From a virus, in IMG/VR virus record IMGVR_UViG_3300031414_000008, positions 118,633-182,632 of that record: DNA of 64,000 bases; one strand, 5' to 3'. The position numbers were made by a program, and so were the translations under genes. A model generated the notes under the pieces. It searched no databases, was not told the origin of the DNA, and saw only the letters and a program-made list of their open reading frames with translations. Within the stretch, counting starts at the first letter, position 1. Each line of letters starts with the position of its first letter. This document shows positions 61,340 to 64,000 of the stretch, piece after piece.

Positions 61340-64000
61340 TTAGTTGATTCTCGAACCGAAAGTAAATGTCATTGGCCCGTATTCGTTCGTGTTGAATACG
61401 AAGGTTGCAGAGAAGACAGTTACCCACCAGTTAGTGAATCCTCGACCAGTCTGACTCAGTCGAACGTAGTACTGTCCGTCCGAGCCATCTGTTACAGGAA
61501 CCAGAACTTTAGACCAATCCGTTCCATCCGCAATACGAGGTTGGAAGATGTTACGCCACCCACTCGTTCCGTCAACACCTGGGATGGTGTTCAGGGATAG
61601 TCCTGTCAAAGGAACCCCGTGATCATCCTTGAAGGTGCGAATGATATCTGGAAGGTCAATATTCTTACCTGCGTCAGTCTGAGCAATGGAGAAGTTCCAC
61701 TCCGCAGTCGTCATAGTCATGTACGGCACACGAGTGATCTCGAACGGATCGGACCAGTACCAGATCGTGGAGTTGAAGCCGTTGTTAGCAGAACCGGTAA
61801 AGGATACATACTTCTGGTCCGCCAGACGGGAGTTCAAGTTCCAGTACACCTTACCGTCAGTCGCGATGTTGTTCGTCGGCGTCGTACCGTTCGTGCCAAG
61901 ACTTGCACCAGTTTCACTGAGGAACGTGGCCTGTGCGAAGGTCCATCTGCTATCCGCACCGGCAACCGTACCGTTGAACTGAAGTGAGTTGTTCGTCAAG
62001 GTGAATCCTGTGACCTTAACGTTCGCCCACACGACAGTGATCGCACACGGTACTGTCACAGTGTTCCCACCGCGAGTATACGTGATGTTGATCGTATCTG
62101 CGGTTGATGCTGTGGTGTTCGTGTTCGTCGGACGGTTACGGTTAGACGCCGGCAGCGGAACGAAGATCACCCCGTTCTCCGTCGGTGTCCAAGGACCACC
62201 TACTGCCGCATCCATGATGGCTCCGGCAGAAACCGCAGTGATCTGGTCACCGGCAGCTGCACCTGCCAGTTTGATCCCGATCGTACGCGTGTTACCTGCC
62301 ATAGCAGACATCGTCACGCTCACCCCTGCCGTAGAACCGAAGGTACGAGAGTACGTCGTGGTCGTCAACAGAGAGCCGATACGGACAGTGATCGACAGAG
62401 TACAGTTCGCCGTAGACCCCGTCGTCACCTTCAGACCGTACTTACCGGTCGCCGCATCGATCACCACAAGGGTAGGGTCGACAGTCGCTGTACCCGAAGT
62501 GATTGACGCCGCAGTCAGTACAAGGTTAGTGACCGGTGCACTGCTGTTGGTGTACTTCAGAGTGAACGGGATTACCGTCTCGACACCCCAAACCGGGATA
62601 ACCGTTGTGTCCCACGCCATGGTTACGGCTTTCGCAGCACCCTGAGTGTAGGATACGTGGGTTGTCAGCCCCGTTACTGGCGAGATCACGTCAGCTTCAA
62701 ACAGGAAGTCCGCATAGTCCGCGGAACCTACCGGTGCCGAAGATTGCTTCAGGATACCGATACGCTGAAGAGCCGTTTGGTTCTGTATGTTTAGAACCCC
62801 GGAGATCGTCACACCGGCCGCCTGAGTGGACATCTTAATGCTAGAGTGAGGCATAGTCGCTTCGTTCCCGCTCAAGTTCCACATCAGTTCCGTACCCGCT
62901 GGATCATACAGTGCGAACCAACCGCCCTGCAGCCCACCCAGAACGTCCGAAGACGTCTGGTACATTTTCATCGTAAACGGAACAGCATTCTTCGCCACAG
63001 TTTTCACCCCGTGGTAGTACGTCTGGCCTGCGTTGATGACCTTCAACTTGATGATACGGCCGCCAGTCTCAACATCAGGAGTGATCGTGATGCTGTAAGT
63101 CCCGTCGCCATTATCAACCAGTGAGCCCGCTGTCGTCCATGGGTTATTCTCCACGGTCACCGTTGGGTTCGAGTAGGTCACGCCCGCTGGCGGTGTCAGT
63201 GAGAAGGTTACCGTTGTTGCGGTACCGATTGTCATTACTCCTCCGTTAGAGATTGGGGCTTTTTCCAGTTTGACCACGTTCACGTCAGATGCACCCACGT
63301 GAATCTTGAAGTTGTTCGTCGAGTTCATCGTACGGACAACCAGAACGCCGTGGCGAATCGCTGGGAGCTCAGGTAGGTTCAGGTGAACCTTGGTGTCAGT
63401 CGCGTAAGTGCTTACTGCACCCCCAAGACCATTGATCACCTCACCGTCGATACCGTAGAGCGTCCAACCGTCACATGGCATTGAACCCATCGCCGTGAAG
63501 CTAGAGGTCACGCCTGCTTGTACGGTCAAGTGAACTTCACCGCCCAGCGTGGTCACTTCCGTCATCGCCGTCACGGGGACAACGTTGCTCAGCACGGTTG
63601 CTGACAGCTGGTGAACGTAATCCACACCGTCTTTGCTGAACGTGATGTTCGGCTGAGCCGTGTACGTCACCGTCCAACCGTCCGCCGGAGCCGTTGGGTT
63701 AGCCCCTGCTTGAACTGGAACGAACCACAGGTTAGGCTCGATCTCCGCCACGTCGGCTCCCGTGAACGGGAAGCTGTAAGTGGTCGTAGACGCTGCTGTC
63801 ACTTTCTTACCACTCAGACCGGCTGCAGGTACTGATTTGAAGCCGAAGTATTGAGGGCGCGTCGTGATGACCGAACCGCCTGCATACGCTGACAGGATAG
63901 GCAGAGTTGATGCCAGAGCCGAACTTGCAGTGAAGCCCTGCTGGGCACCGGCCAGAGTCGTGTACGACAGAAGATTCTGAGCTGCATCAACCACGAAGCC
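61340..64000 (-). CDS. large Thr/Ala/Val-rich Ig-like-repeat virion protein (fibre/decoration), 5'-truncated by window
   Basis: more than 884 aa of beta-rich repeats, DNGDGTYSIT motif; frame open to window end. Confidence 0.75.
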   Translation of the reverse strand, partial: GFVVDAAQNLLSYTTLAGAQQGFTASSALASTLPILSAYAGGSVITTRPQYFGFKSVPAAGLSGKKVTAASTTTYSFPFTGADVAEIEPNLWFVPVQAGANPTAPADGWTVTYTAQPNITFSKDGVDYVHQLSATVLSNVVPVTAMTEVTTLGGEVHLTVQAGVTSSFTAMGSMPCDGWTLYGIDGEVINGLGGAVSTYATDTKVHLNLPELPAIRHGVLVVRTMNSTNNFKIHVGASDVNVVKLEKAPISNGGVMTIGTATTVTFSLTPPAGVTYSNPTVTVENNPWTTAGSLVDNGDGTYSITITPDVETGGRIIKLKVINAGQTYYHGVKTVAKNAVPFTMKMYQTSSDVLGGLQGGWFALYDPAGTELMWNLSGNEATMPHSSIKMSTQAAGVTISGVLNIQNQTALQRIGILKQSSAPVGSADYADFLFEADVISPVTGLTTHVSYTQGAAKAVTMAWDTTVIPVWGVETVIPFTLKYTNSSAPVTNLVLTAASITSGTATVDPTLVVIDAATGKYGLKVTTGSTANCTLSITVRIGSLLTTTTYSRTFGSTAGVSVTMSAMAGNTRTIGIKLAGAAAGDQITAVSAGAIMDAAVGGPWTPTENGVIFVPLPASNRNRPTNTNTTASTADTINITYTRGGNTVTVPCAITVVWANVKVTGFTLTNNSLQFNGTVAGADSRWTFAQATFLSETGASLGTNGTTPTNNIATDGKVYWNLNSRLADQKYVSFTGSANNGFNSTIWYWSDPFEITRVPYMTMTTAEWNFSIAQTDAGKNIDLPDIIRTFKDDHGVPLTGLSLNTIPGVDGTSGWRNIFQPRIADGTDWSKVLVPVTDGSDGQYYVRLSQTGRGFTNWWVTVFSATFVFNTNEYGPMTFTFGSRIN

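Noticed and set aside
1-64000. CRISPR array, rRNA, additional tRNAs
   Set aside because: No regularly spaced repeat-spacer units or further cloverleaf/T-loop + CCA signatures found by eye
1-64000. Stop-codon reassignment
   Set aside because: Known genes are intact in the standard code and end in TAA, TGA or TAG

Overview
64 kb of a large lytic dsDNA myovirus with a jumbo-phage-like layout and a probably gammaproteobacterial host (inferred from the E. coli-type class Ia NrdA/NrdB). About 1-25.2 kb is a + strand early/middle region: small hypotheticals, candidate anti-defence genes (two DUF2829/Tad2-like, a stand-alone MqsA-type Zn finger, a Mesh1/SpoT-like HD hydrolase, MazG), antirepressor-domain proteins, RuvC, nrdA/nrdB, dNMP kinase, and a D-arm-less tRNA-like RNA. 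From 25.2 kb to the end is mostly − strand morphogenesis: baseplate wedge/hub, sigma factor, tape measure with a −1 frameshifted chaperone, terminase, PAAR/spike, tube, sheath, neck and a truncated fibre-like gene. Two + strand islands interrupt it. One (43.86-48.31 kb) encodes an apparently complete ubiquitin-like conjugation cassette (Ubl ending GTKG, E2-like, JAB, ThiF/E1; PRTRC-like). The other (51.4-53.7 kb) is bracketed by two paralogous unannotated cationic micropeptides. A 156-bp quasi-palindromic AT-cored element occurs twice, 34.2 kb apart (origin-like). All family assignments come from motif recognition by eye; no searches were run.
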